Assembly: GCA_951406725.2 (NCBI GenBank)
Contig: OX597815.1
Coordinates: forward strand, 70,742,001 to 70,806,000
Length of the DNA stretch: 64,000 nucleotides
Direction: 5' to 3'
Source of the DNA: Octopus vulgaris
Taxonomy: Eukaryota
The translations under genes and the position numbers were made by a program. The notes beneath the pieces were generated by a model. It ran no database searches and was not told where the DNA came from. It saw nothing but the letters and a program-made list of their open reading frames with translations. This document shows positions 24,394 to 36,313 of this stretch, in pieces (positions within the stretch are counted from its first letter, which is position 1; each line of letters opens with the position of its first letter).

Positions 24394-25081
24394 CCAAAAT
24401 ATATCCAAATGTATATTTTGTATTATTTGATTCTCTGTATGATGATTTTTTTTTTTTAGGAAATTTGTGATTCCTGTTAGCAAATGAAACATATGTAATA
24501 GTGAATAAATAATACCAAAAAATTTTCCAGATTCTTGTTTTGTTATATAACTTTGCAAACAATATTTCTAAAATTTTCAACTCTAATATCTACCTCACAT
24601 CAATGCAACAATAATAGCTACTACATACAGAATTGTAATAAGCAGATGTGCTTCAAGAGAACACAACTTGGATTTTTCCCTACCTACTTAATATATACAT
24701 ATACTATTAACATCATCATATAATGTCCATTTTCCATAGGTTGGACAGTTTGACAGGAATTGGCCAGCTGGAGCTGCTCAGGCTCCATGTCTGTTTTGGC
24801 ATGGTTTCTACAGCTGGTAGTCCTTCCTAACACACACACATGCAGTAATGAAACATGTAATGTGTAATAAATAAAACCAGAATTTCCTCAAGTTTTTCTT
24901 TTCATATGTAATTACTCTGCAAAATGTATTTTCTAGTATTTTCAACTCTCATGTAAAATATAACAAGTACACATGTACCTTGGATTACTGGAAAATGCAG
25001 AAGTGCCTCTTGAGGACACAACTTTGATTATAACCTTACCTACATACCATAAATATGTGTATATATATATATATACATATG

Positions 25082-25143
<62 letters not shown>

Positions 25144-25224
25144 TATACATGTATACATATGTACGTATGTATACATAAATGTATATGTATGTATAGATGT
25201 ATACATGTTCATATGTGTGTGTGA

Positions 25225-25259
<35 letters not shown>

Positions 25260-25298
25260 GTATGTGTGTGTGGGTATATATATGTATGTATATGTATA

Positions 25299-25369
<71 letters not shown>

Positions 25370-26504
25370 ATATATATTTATGTATGTGTGTGCATGTATG
25401 TATCCAGCATTTTCTATTATATTTGTATCATTTTCAGTGAAATATTACTGGATCCAGAGAGTATGGAAATATAACCAAAATATAGAGTAGAAGATAGCTT
25501 TGTAAAGGTGATGTAAACAATCTTTGTGGATCTCAAATTCTTTGGCAAATTAGTCTTTGTAAATAATTTAAATACTGACTTGAGTTCTACAACAACTTAT
25601 TATAGCAGCGAAAAATAATATGTGATAATAATTTGCTTATAACTAGAGAAATCATTCGAAAAATAAAGTGGTTTTAATGATAGAAGATTGATGATACCAT
25701 GGATGGAAACAGTTTTGTCTCTCTTCAGTCGGAAAAATACAATATACACGAATACATTGCTTTCACTGTAAATCTTAAAAAATATGCAATTGAATGAAAT
25801 ACTAGAGGAAAGAGGAAGACACTCAATAATCCCTTTCTATAATGAAAATATATTTTGAAACAATCTATTAAATTATAACTGAGAAAAATTTTGTGACATA
25901 TTTGAACTTAGCTGGTTACGTCTATGTACTGTGTTGTTTGCAGTGTATGTGGAGTATAGACCAGATTTCTGGTCATTAAAACTGACTATAGGTACACATT
26001 AATAACTTTATTTAACCATTTACATAAGAAAAATCACCAAAAATATAATCGTGTTACTACTTAAGGCCAAAAATGATGTTTTTAGCAAAATATTAAGACA
26101 ATATTTTTATCGACTGAAAACTCTTAAAAGAGAAAATGGCGGATCGGTATCTAAAAATTGTGTTTGTTGATGTAATCAGACCCCTCGTATCTGACTTGAA
26201 TTGTCATCTAGGAGAATAAATTTATAAAAACAAATATCAGATATTACCATTCTTTAGAATTTTAACTTAAAAAAATTTGAACGGATCAATAAAAAGCTTA
26301 AAATTTGGTCTTGATTGTAGCCTACTGTAATTTTTCGGAGTAGACAACACAACATATTTATGGTAATATTATATGCCAGATATGTCTCTGAAACAGAATT
26401 TCTACGGTAAAATGTAGCCACATGTCTTTTCTTTAGATTATCAATGAATTGCTTAGGTTTTGTAGAGAAGTTCCAGTAGTTTACACCAGAAACATATAGA
26501 CAAA

Positions 26505-26597
26505 AAACACAGTTGTGATATTTCGGCTGCCATATTTGTAGTTGGTGGTCGCACTGTTGATGTGATTACTACTACGTCCGTGCGTAATGTATAAATA
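26505..26597 (+). promoter_or_regulatory. H1 promoter: AC/H1 box (AAACACA 26505-26511) and TATA box (TATAAATA 26590-26597)
   Basis: AAACACA about 85 bp upstream of a TATA box is the known H1 promoter arrangement. No CCAAT lies between them. ACGTCCG just upstream of TATA loosely resembles an H4-box. Confidence 0.65.
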
Positions 26598-26724
26598 AGC
26601 GTTTAACGTTACGAAGGGATGAATTTGACGTTTGTTCTTGTGAACTTACCAACTAACTTCGTAGCCCGAATTTTGGTCCTCACCGAAGTATTTTCTTTTC
26701 TTTACATCAATTAACTGATCAATC

Positions 26725-27303
26725 ATGTCTGACGCCGCTGCACCCGCCGCACCCGCTCCCGCTGCACCCAAAGCTAAGAAAGTAAAAAAGGTGAAGAAAG
26801 CTTCGAGCCATCCTCCCTACATTGATATGATTAAGGACGCCCTTGTGAAGAGCGGAGAAAGAAAGGGTCTCTCTCGTCAAGGGATCGTTAAACGCATTGG
26901 AGCCAGCCACAGTGTAAATACCCAAGATAATGTCATCCTGAAACAAATTAAATTGGCGATTAAGAGAGGTGTCGCCAACAATGTTCTGAAACAGCTGAAA
27001 GGAGTTGGAGCTTCTGGTTCTTATAAACTTGCTCCTGGTAAAAAAGAAGAGGCCAAGAAGAAGAAGAAGAAGCCGGCATCAGCTAAACCAAAAGTGAAGA
27101 AACCTAAGACAGCCGCTAAGAAAAGTGGCGCTAAGAAAACTAAGAAAAGCCCAGCAAAGAAGGCAGCTAAGAAATCAGCCGCTAAGAAACCGGCTAAGAA
27201 AGCTGCTAAGAAACCCGTTAAGAAACCCGCTAAGAAACCCGCCGTTAAGAAAACTGCCGCCAAGAAGAAGCCTGCCAAGAAGGGTGCAGCCAAGAAAAAG
27301 TAA
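26725..27303 (+). CDS. H1: linker histone H1 (H1/H5 family), intronless, 192 aa, divergent variant
   Basis: Ala/Pro/Lys N-tail, winged helix HPPYIDMIKDAL...ERKGLSRQGIVKRI...KLAIKRGV...LKQLKGVGASGSYKL, Lys/Ala/Pro C-tail, ATCATG start context and upstream H1 promoter elements. Confidence 0.97.
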   Translation: MSDAAAPAAPAPAAPKAKKVKKVKKASSHPPYIDMIKDALVKSGERKGLSRQGIVKRIGASHSVNTQDNVILKQIKLAIKRGVANNVLKQLKGVGASGSYKLAPGKKEEAKKKKKKPASAKPKVKKPKTAAKKSGAKKTKKSPAKKAAKKSAAKKPAKKAAKKPVKKPAKKPAVKKTAAKKKPAKKGAAKKK

Positions 27304-27607
27304 ACGAACTTTACAACAACAAAAAAAGACTTTATTACAGACTTGTAAATATCCAATTGTATATATTAATGCATCATTCATCATTCATCATTCATCAAAC
27401 ACCCATTTCCACAATCGCCTCATTTGCCCCATCATGAACTTTTTAACATCCACATACATTTTTCATCTGTATATATTCATTTTTCATTAATCGAGGGTGT
27501 TTTGGTTTGGCTTGTGAACTTTTACAATCGCTCTTCAAAAATATATATATAAAACTTCATTTAAGCTAAATTCGTTTTTGTCGTTTTTCGCATGCTATTT
27601 ATTGATA

Positions 27608-27749
27608 CAGTAATCCCTAGACTATCGTGGGTGTAACGTTCCAAAACTTTTTCTATATTTTAAAAATTTGTATATATATTTTATAAATGCAAAACACCAG
27701 AGGAATCGACGCAAGTTTAGATGAACCGCGATCTGGCGAGGGATTACTG
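27608..27749. mobile_element. pogo/Tigger-type MITE just downstream of the H1 3'UTR
   Basis: TIRs CAGTAATCCCTAGACTATCGTGG / CCGCGATCTGGCGAGGGATTACTG with TA TSD. A related end lies at 6161. Confidence 0.75.
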
Positions 27750-28700
27750 TACTTTCCAGAATCCTGCAGCCTTTTTTTTTTCAGAATTTTTGTTGCAGTG
27801 ACATTTACGCTATTTATATATTGTCCTTTGAAACCTCGCTAGAACTAACCGTCTATTCAGAAATGGAGCAGTTACTTGTAATTTTACTGAATGTAGAAGT
27901 GTTTAACCTTGATGTATTGGTGTTAACCTTCCACTTCTGCGTTCAACCTTTGGCTGTTTGGTTCTGCATGTTAGGTTTTCTGGGACAAGAGTGAGATAGT
28001 CGAAGGGTATGTTCAGCGTATAACTCGTTCTATGGACAGATCTCGACACGTACAATAGAAAAGGTAACCGCAATTGCATTTTTTTAAAGTTTTGTCTCAC
28101 TCATATGCTGATCATCTCTTAAATGCTCGGGTGCGGGTCGATTTGGCTGGTCAGTTTACTCAATACTTGATCGTAATAACCAAATCTTAGGTAGTTCGTA
28201 CCAAGGGCTCTGAATTCACAAATCGAGGCTTTTAAATCCAAGTCGCATTTACACCAATTGATATTCATTTTATACGTTCGACCTTACTAGAAAAAGGCAA
28301 ACCAGTACTTTAGAAAAGCAAACATACAACCAAGCTCACCAAAAAAACCGATGTTCTTTGGCATGAACAACCCAAAGCTGGAGAAAAAGTAGGGCATTAG
28401 ATAAGGACTTGAATGAAAAAGACTGCATGATCATATGAACATTCCCCATATTTTTCGACTAAGATGTTAATTTGCGAACGGTGAAATTTGGACCACGACT
28501 AGCCAACACGGGAAGCTGGATTTTTTTACGTTCCAGCATTTCCTTCACAATTGAACGTGGAGAACAATGGCATTTAAAAAAAAGGCGGTTTACTAGTTTT
28601 AGAAAGAAAAGCTCACAAACATACTAGTTTCTGAATTAAAGCTTCTCATGAAAAAGTATTGTAGCCACGACCTCTCAATTTCGTAACTACTAATTTCAGA

Positions 28701-28952
28701 TTTGTAAAGTATAATAGCCATCTCAATATGGCTAACCACAAAGGGTGGGTGTTACTGTAGCTTTTAGCCCCAAGAGATCATAGTCTCCAGCTGGCTTTAG
28801 GCACATATCTGTGCTCTTAAAGCCAGCTGGAGACGATGATCTGGGGCTAAAAGCTAACACCCACTCTTTGTGGTTAGCCATATTGAGATGGCTAGTATAC
28901 TTTTTACATTGTCGAGCGGTTACTGTTTACATCTCGTCCAGAGATTTAATAA
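28701..28952. mobile_element. hairpin element (CCAGCTGG family) with a Helitron-associated tail
   Basis: 28706-28902 is a ~95-bp-arm inverted repeat AAAGTATAATAGCCATCTCAATATGG... Flanked by TAATTTCAGA direct repeats. Partial copies at 6422, 11726 and 38605. Confidence 0.7.
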
Positions 28953-29179
28953 TAATTTCAGAGATTTAGCTGGAATACCAACCTCAAGCTACGCTTGAAT
29001 GGACTTGGCGCTTTGCCCGGAGGAAGTAGGGAAGGCACACCGGATGCTACGCTTAATAGTCGGGCTACTGCAAATTTGTACGCCCACAAACGAGGGGAGC
29101 GTGCTTGCTAGAAACAACAGCCGTGTTGACTGACTATTGCCTTTCGACCTAGAACTCAACCTCTAGGTTAATAGTAATC

Positions 29180-29354
29180 TTTTCTGCTTAGAGGCACAAG
29201 ACAAGAAAGGACTAGTCGATTATATCGACACTAGTGTTACACTACATAATTTATCGACCCAGAAAGGATGAAAGGCAAAGTCGACCTCTGCGGAATTTGA
29301 ACTCGGAAGGCAGCAACGGGCCAGCGCGCTAACGATTCTGCCAGCTCACCGCCT
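29180..29354 (-). mobile_element. OK-like SINE, internally deleted
   Basis: TTTATCGACCCAGAAAGGATGAAAGGCAAAGTCGACCTC...CTGCCAGCTCACCGCC. Confidence 0.75.
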
Positions 29355-29834
29355 CGATAGTTTAATAGTAATAACCACCCGAGTGATAAACCGCCTCCAG
29401 CTATCCAATGGCTAAGCACACGGTTCTGTTGAGGTTGTCTCCCTTACATCAGTAAGTTTTAACTCTAATCTTTATTTTGGCGGCGGCGAACGAGAAATCG
29501 AAAAGTACAAATGAATATTCCTGATGCTTTAATGAGCTTTAGGTTTCGTTGCGGGGCAGTTATGGGGCGGTTGTTGGTTCTGGAAGGGGTCCAGGGTTTG
29601 TGTTGGAGGCGCGACAATTGTTGGTATTCAGTTTGTTTTTCTAGATATATACAAAAATGTCGGCGTGTTCGTGCTGCATGAAATTAAGAGGTTATATACT
29701 CGCAAGGAGTCACGCACGTCCCGCAGCATGCATGGGACTCCAATAACACCGGATTTAATGGCATTAAGAAGTTACCCCTAGTGCTAATATGCAAAATTTT
29801 TGCATGCTTTAAATACACTACAAATTTATTCCTG

Positions 29835-30051
29835 GGTACTATTTTAAGAAGAGTGGTCCGGTGCGCGCATCCGCGCTAGCTAGTCGTAACTAGTCGATCC
29901 TTTGTTTTTGTGCTTTTACTATGTTGAAAAAAATTATTTACTTTGTAAAAATATTTATTTTGTGTTTTTACTTAGCTAGGTAGTCGTAGGATCGACTAGT
30001 CACGACTAGCTACCGCGAGTGCGCGCACCGGAACCACTCTTAAATAGTACC
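29835..30051. mobile_element. 217-bp MITE with GGTAC termini flanked by a ~40-bp direct repeat
   Basis: ~65-bp TIRs GGTACTATTTTAAG...GGTGCGCGCA...AGTCGATCCT. Direct repeats at 29795-29834 and 30052-30089. Confidence 0.85.
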
Positions 30052-30397
30052 AATTTTGCATGCTTTAATACACTACAAATTTATTCCTGAACATTTAAAA
30101 ATTGCATCTTTTTTGCCATAAAATACGGTTTGTCATAAAGTAGCGTAGTTTTGGAATAGCTGGCCTTCGAAGTCCCATGCGACGTGCACAGAAGGACCAT
30201 TTATAAAGGTAGAGCCTTTAGAATCCCTATTTCTGTGTATGAAGCCTGTAGGAATACTAAAAAAAAAAATTAAGGAAACCATGAAAGCTTTTCCTCGCGA
30301 AATATGAGATTCCTAAATTTCCGTTCATAAAATATTCGTTAGATATCAGTAATAAGAGCAAAAGACGAAACACTTGTACTTTGAAAAAGAAATTATA

Positions 30398-30541
30398 GGC
30401 GCGGGAGTGGCTGTGTGGCAAGTAGTTTATCAACATATGGTTCCGGGTTCAGTCCCACTGCGTGGCACCTTGTGCAAGTGTCTTCTATAGCCTCGGGCCG
30501 ACCAAAGCCTCGTGAGTGGATTTGGTAGACGGAAACTGAAA
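30398..30541 (+). mobile_element. OR-like tRNA-derived SINE, 5' part
   Basis: GGCGCGGGAGTGGCTGTGTGG (A box) ... GGTTCAGTCCC (B box) ... GGATTTGGTAGACGGAAACTGAA. Confidence 0.8.
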
Positions 30542-31664
30542 TATGTTTTACATACCTGTCTTATACGTCGGTTTTGTTTTTTCGCTTTAATGGTAAACGG
30601 TTCTGATAGAAGCGAACACGATATTGGATAATTCTCCATGATACGTCTACGGCTCCACCCCCCCTTTTTTTTTTTCTAAAGATAAACGCTTTTTAATTGT
30701 GATAATAAAACGAGGTTTAGTTCTTAGCGCCAAAATTAATTTCTCTTGCAAAAGAGAGGGTGGCATTTTCTCTCTTTTCCAATATTTAATTAGAAGAGAA
30801 TATGTTACCAAAAAACTTTAAAACTTTACCAACTTGATCGATATACCACTGAACCAAGATTTTAATTTCTCTTGATACACACTTTGCTATCATTTATTTG
30901 GAGAATTGCAAACATGGCATATAAAGATAACTTATTTTAATAGAATTTTTTATGAGTACATTTCCGTAAATGTTTTTCTTGTGCCCACCACAACACACAT
31001 CTGCACATACGCACGCGGATACACATGGACGAAGTCCCACTTTTGAAGCATGTTAAAGTTTTTATTATTTTGGAATGAAGCACACAAACATTGGTGCTGA
31101 GCCAGTGACTAAACTTGTAGTATTTTGTTGGGGTTAATCCAATGAATTGACTGTAAGGCATGTTGGAAGTACTTTTCTGAAACAAAATTTCTGTGTACAG
31201 TCCTATCGCACACGCATTCACCCAACACTTTCACACAAAGGCTGGTTGCTGATAAACATAATTATGACTGGATAAGAATTTGGTAAATATTTACAATAAC
31301 ATCATACTTGCTAAATACTAACCCTAACTGTAACCCTAAACTATAAATTTGTTTACAGCAGGGCCGGCGCTATGACCCTACAGTCGCAGGGGTTCTCCGC
31401 GAAGAACTGGAATTGCTACAATGTAAAACTTAAAATTCGATGTTACACACAACTTATGCAATTTTCTGAAGAAAAAGAAACAGTAAGGTTTCTTATTACA
31501 TTGATATAAGTCATTCGTTCAATCGGTCCTGTAAGCAATATACACTTTAGGAGATCTTTTAATTTATTAATTTTAAAGTTCAATATTCTTGTGACTTAAA
31601 TTAGAGATATCGACATGAGTTATTCAAACGTTCGTGGAATGGACCTAATAAAATTAGCTAGAGT

Positions 31665-31978
31665 ACACTTGAAATTTCATATTCAAATCCGATATGACTA
31701 TTTCTACTTGGATAGGGATTAGAAAATATATCTTTAAACTTCCAACACAGTTTGGATATTTTGGGAACAACTCGCCTTATTAACGCTTGATATATTACAT
31801 TTAAATCCGAAGTATTTATTCTTGGACATGGATTGAAAAATATACGCTGATAACTTACGTTACCTATTTTTAATATTCTTGGAGCAACTCTACTTATTAA
31901 CACTGGATATTTCTATTTCAAATCAGATGTGAGTAATTATACTTGGATCGAGATAAAATATTGTATGCTGATAACCAA
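31665..31978. repeat. degenerate tandem repeat, ~118-bp period, ~2.7 copies
   Basis: AAATC(C/A)GA...CTTGGA recurs at 31685, 31803 and 31921. CAACTC..CTTATTAAC occurs twice. Confidence 0.7.
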
Positions 31979-31987
31979 AGCTATATG

Positions 31988-32574
31988 CTAGCCGGTAAAG
32001 GCGGGAGGCGACCCCTCTCCTCCCAGAGGGTGGTGGTGGTGGTTGCGGTTCCCTTCTATTCTTTTCCCTATACCCTTCTCAATTATATCACTAGGTAAAG
32101 GGGAAGGGGTTTGAGAAAGCTTTCCTATCTTTCCAATCTCCGCTCCCCTTCTCCCGAGCATCCTCCTTAACTCTCCTATTACTCACCCTCATAAAAGGGC
32201 TAAAGGTCGTAATGTACATATTACACACTAGAAAGGGGTAGAGGCGATGTCATGCAACCTAAAAGAGCCGAGCTAACATTACACACAAGGCTGAATCAGC
32301 ACTCCATCTTTCCATCGAAATCTACACATTTTGATCCACATTTGACTCGCCTGTTACTGGTTGAGAAATATTCATGAAAATATTCTTGATAGTTTATTAA
32401 TCAACAAATGATATCTCAGCAGTCGGAAGTCCGATAGTAACTGGACTATGCTAAGAACACTCCTCAGTACATTACCTTGCCTATGGTCTATATTGGTTCA
32501 ATTTGGTTGATTGGTTTGGTCAGAAGAGAGACACACACACAAACATACATAGGGCCGAGAATATTAGTATAGAT
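31988..32574 (-). mobile_element. non-autonomous Helitron
   Basis: Minus strand starts TCTATACTAATATT..., then TGTG repeats, and ends ...CCCGCCTTTACCGGCTAG. Confidence 0.55.
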
Positions 32575-32670
32575 TTTAGATATTCGTGGCACAACTCGCG
32601 ACTTATGTAAGCGAGAAGACCTATAGCACAATTAATTAAAGTTTAGTAAGGTCGGTGCATTCATTACAGA

Positions 32671-32930
32671 ATGCCACCCAAGAAAGCTGCTGGGCTGTCA
32701 CGGAAGACCTCTGGTGCAAAGCGCAAAGTTGCCTTAGTGAGTCTGAGGAAGAACAAAATCAGAGGGTGACACAAAACCAAGTAAGGATGGCAACTGCTCT
32801 GCAAATGGAATCCTCAAAGTATCGTGCTGAGAGGCTAGCACAAAACCAAGCAAGGAATGCAACTGCTCGGCAAATGGAATCCTCAGAACATCGTGCTGAG
32901 GGGCTAGTACAAAACCAAGCAAGGATGCAT
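32671..32930 (+). pseudogene. STPR-like 23-aa repeat coding fragment (Helitron RepHel N-terminus-like), frameshifted
   Basis: MPPKKAAGLSRKTSGAKRK, then after a frameshift 69-bp repeats ESEEEQNQRVTQNQVRMATALQM / ESSKYRAERLAQNQARNATARQM / ESSEHRAEGLVQNQARM. Confidence 0.6.
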
Positions 32931-33249
32931 ATAAATACATCACATTTTCTAGGGTTTCCTATATCTGTAAAAATGTCTATTTGATGAGTGTTGTTGTTTA
33001 TATCCTTCATGATAAGATTGATACATAGCTGACCATAATTCTTCCTGTCGGACGTATTTTGATTGCATCTATCGAAACATATGTAAGGGATATGAAGATA
33101 TAAATGTTTTAATATCCTGAGTGTTTGTCTCCTTTTTCAATTTTCCCTATATATATATATATATATATATAATAACAAAATAATATATAAAACATATGCA
33201 TATATACATACATATATGTACATACCTACATCTATATATGTATATATAT

Positions 33250-33519
33250 ACATGCATATATGGGTACAGACCCCCCCCCCCAAAAAAAAAATGTTGAACA
33301 CAATGAGAAACGATAACTTAAAAACAAAAACATGGAAACGGACTTTTTCCAAACAACGAAAAAACAGTATAAGACATACAGCACAAGGAATATTCCCCCT
33401 TTTCAGTTACCCCTGTTTCGGTTACTCCGCGTTTCAAGGTAAGGGTAAGACGCGACTTCGTTGAAACAGTCCTTCCCGCAAAGCAGATTAAATAAAATTT
33501 GGGATTTTTTGCGGAGGGG

Positions 33520-33522
<3 letters not shown>
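33250..33522 (-). mobile_element. solo terminal-repeat fragment related to the 3' end of the Penelope element at 56085-56335
   Basis: Reverse complement AATCCCAAATTTTATTTAATCTGCTTTGCGGGAAGGACTGTTTCAACGAAG matches 56087-56140. Confidence 0.6.
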
Positions 33523-33567
<45 letters not shown>

Positions 33568-33570
33568 GCA

Positions 33571-33924
33571 CAAAGATGAGCACCGTTAATCGAAAAGTTA
33601 ACTTCGTTAACCGTTAATAATGTGTTATTTCCTAATGTAATGGAAGTTATCGATAAACTGCTAACATTAATTTTTATTTTAGAAAAAAAATCAGTTTTTG
33701 CTCTAACCACCTAAAAACACCTTTAAAAGTGCTAAAACTATAAAATCCGTTAACTTCAGTTCAATTGAAGTTAACGGCAGTTGACTCAAGGTGACTTGAG
33801 TTAACGGAAGTTACTAATGTAACTAATGTCCGATAATAATTTCCAGAGTTAACTTAAAAGTTAAATCGTTAACGAAAATGCTACATTCGTTAATTAACGA
33901 GTAACGGTTTGGTGCCCAGGTTTG
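33571..33924. mobile_element. hAT-like MITE with many GTTAAC/TAACG subterminal motifs
   Basis: Ends CAAAGATGAGCACC / GGTGCCCAGGTTTG. More than 10 TTAAC/GTTAA motifs inside. Confidence 0.55.
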
Positions 33925-33942
33925 TATACATACATACATACA

Positions 33943-33990
<48 letters not shown>

Positions 33991-34245
33991 GGCGCAGGAG
34001 TGGCTGTGTGGTAAGTAGCTTGCTAACCAAACACATGGTTCCGGGTTCAGTCCCACTGTGTGGCATCTTGGGCAAGTGTCTTCTGCTATAGCCCCGGGCC
34101 GACCAATGCCTTGAGAATGGATTTGGTAAACGGAAACTGAAAGAAGCCTGTCGTATATGTGTTTGTGTGTCTGTGCTTATCCCCCTAGCATTGCTTGACA
34201 ACCGATGCTGGTGTGTTTATGTCCCCGTCACTTAGCGGTTTGGCA
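33991..34245 (+). mobile_element. OR-like SINE
   Basis: GGCGCAGGAGTGGCTGTGTGGTAAGTAGCTTGC...GGTTCAGTCCCACTG...AAACTGAAAGAAGCC. Confidence 0.85.
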
Positions 34246-35033
34246 TTGTGTCCTTTGTACTTTGTTCTTGCTGTAGGGCAGTTGCTTGAGCGAAGTAAAC
34301 CTGTTGGCTATTTTACAAGTAGGCAATAAATCGCTGAATGCTTTGCTACCTCTATGAAAGGGAAAGAAAAAGTAAGTGCCTGAAAGACTCATTGTTGTTG
34401 GTACATCCAGGCCCGTTGCCAGACTTAGACGCTTCGGAATATTCTGGATAGATACTAATTTGTAATAACGCTAAAGTGGGGTCACTAATGTGGAATAAAT
34501 CCGAAGGTGCACCATTGAATAGTGAAGGGCAGTACCTTCTAGTGTATCCCCTTAGCGACGGGCATGGATACATTACTCTTTCTGGAACTGGATAACCTCA
34601 TCGCAACTGTTTGATACAACCTTTTTATTTTTCATTGTTCTCGATATTCTTGCCAACTCTTTTTCGCGCCCTCTTCTTCCCCTACCTATTTTTTTTTTGC
34701 TAAGAACATCTGTCCTGTCTTTTAATCAATTTGAGCGTGCAAACAATTTAACTTACCTTGTTTATTATGGTTTTCAACATTCTTGCGTGTTGTGGATCTT
34801 GTAACTACTTTTAATTACCCGGTACTTGCTCCTATATCGTACAACTTAAATCTTTTCATACTATTCCTGTTTCATTTTCTCATTTCCATCCTTGCACCTG
34901 AACAAGTAATACGGCAATTTTGCGGTGGTAGGACATCACAACTTCTATCAGATTCAGCTATTTCATGTTTATCTTCGATTCTGTTGAATTTAACTCCAAA
35001 CGCATAAAGTATAATGCATTGCCCATGTTCTTC

Positions 35034-35215
35034 ATGACTCATAAGAAACCAGCAACTGGAAGCGAAGAGGTTAGAGCGAAAAGGAATCGTAAAAGAATCA
35101 CACTGGGCGTTAAACTTTACAAAGGTTTGTTGCAGGAGCAAAAAAATCAGCCTTTTTGTAAAAACATTGAAATTTGCAACGTCTACAGTGGGCAGAATAC
35201 CTGATAAATACAAAA
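35034..35215 (+). mobile_element. pogo/Tigger (CENP-B N-terminal HTH) fragment
   Basis: MTHKKPATG..AKRNRKRITLGVKL then, frameshifted, QRFVAGAK and LKFATSTVGRI. Confidence 0.45.
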
Positions 35216-36313
35216 TTAGATTCAATGCCCCAGCAGCTAGTTAAATGTCATGACATTGCTGTATTTTTACTAATGATCTTGCATGATGCTCAACATCGAA
35301 TGGCTCCTAAGTGGGTCGACGATCAAACTGGACGTAATATGACAATAAACATAATGGTCATACATGCGAACGCTACAAGTTGGTATCCATCTGTCTGTCT
35401 GTCTGACACACATATTTATACACATACATACATACATACATACATACATACATACATACATACATACATACAGAAATCTTGAAATAAAACTGAACAATAA
35501 CATACATAAACACCACTCAGTTTGGTTTTTAACCAAGTTCAATATGTATGACGCAGACAATAATTTTTGTTTTCTTTGTGATTAGTTATAACACCGCTTA
35601 CTGGCGGGAATATTTCTAGTCCGTTGTACTAGGACTTATTTTATCGAATGCGAAAGGACAAGCATATATTTTCGTTTTGAAATTTCTGCTCTATCATAAA
35701 AATTTAACCGATCCGCCACCTTCAGTAAACCGTAAATTTTACAGTATTTAGCTTCTGATATTTTGCTGTTTTCGTCTGAATTCTATCATATTCAAATTTA
35801 CTCCCCCCCCTCTCTCTTTTATCGACCCGTGGGTTCTTAATTTCATACCAGTGGCAGAATTGTTAGCACGCCGGGTAAAATGCTTAGTGGCATTTCGTCC
35901 ATCTTTTTTTTGTTTTGAGTTCAAATTCCGCTGATTTGATGCATAAAAAACAATGATGAAATTAAATATAAATAGATGTATTCATTTACTTTCTATATCT
36001 TTTTGGACGCCTATTAATGAATACGTGAATGAAAAATAATAAATTTACTGATTTTAAAAAATTAATGAAAGTAAAAAAAAAGTAAACAATCTTGTCTAAT
36101 CGCTAATGTTAGACAACTCTTTACAATACATTTGATTTTTACACGAGACCTATAAGAGTTATCTTTCTTACATTGTTACACAGGTCATGCAATAAGAAAA
36201 AATTCGCACGAATATGTATATAAAAACAGGCTAATCTCTCCAACTGCCCCAAGCAACCACCCACCCATCCATCCATCCATTCACACACACACACACACAC
36301 TGACGTATGCATA

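Noticed and set aside
24973-25490. Many YIYI/CVCV/THTH/LSIY ORFs here and at 40600-41143, 50216-50567, 56210-56801 and 62254-62670
   Set aside because: Translations of TA, CA, TATG and TATC microsatellites.
27021-27490. Overlapping ORFs on the H1 C-tail (27021-27356 -, 27125-27490 +, 27175-27384 -; likewise 733-1074 -)
   Set aside because: Shadow frames of the Lys/Ala/Pro codon repeats.
30940-31280. Possible Tc1-like transposase C-terminal remnant on the minus strand
   Set aside because: Only a faint PYS..L.P resemblance, too decayed to call without a profile search.
33991-34070. tRNA genes at SINE heads (also 30398, 48841, 60464)
   Set aside because: A/B boxes are present but there is no proper cloverleaf, and each head continues into a multicopy SINE body.
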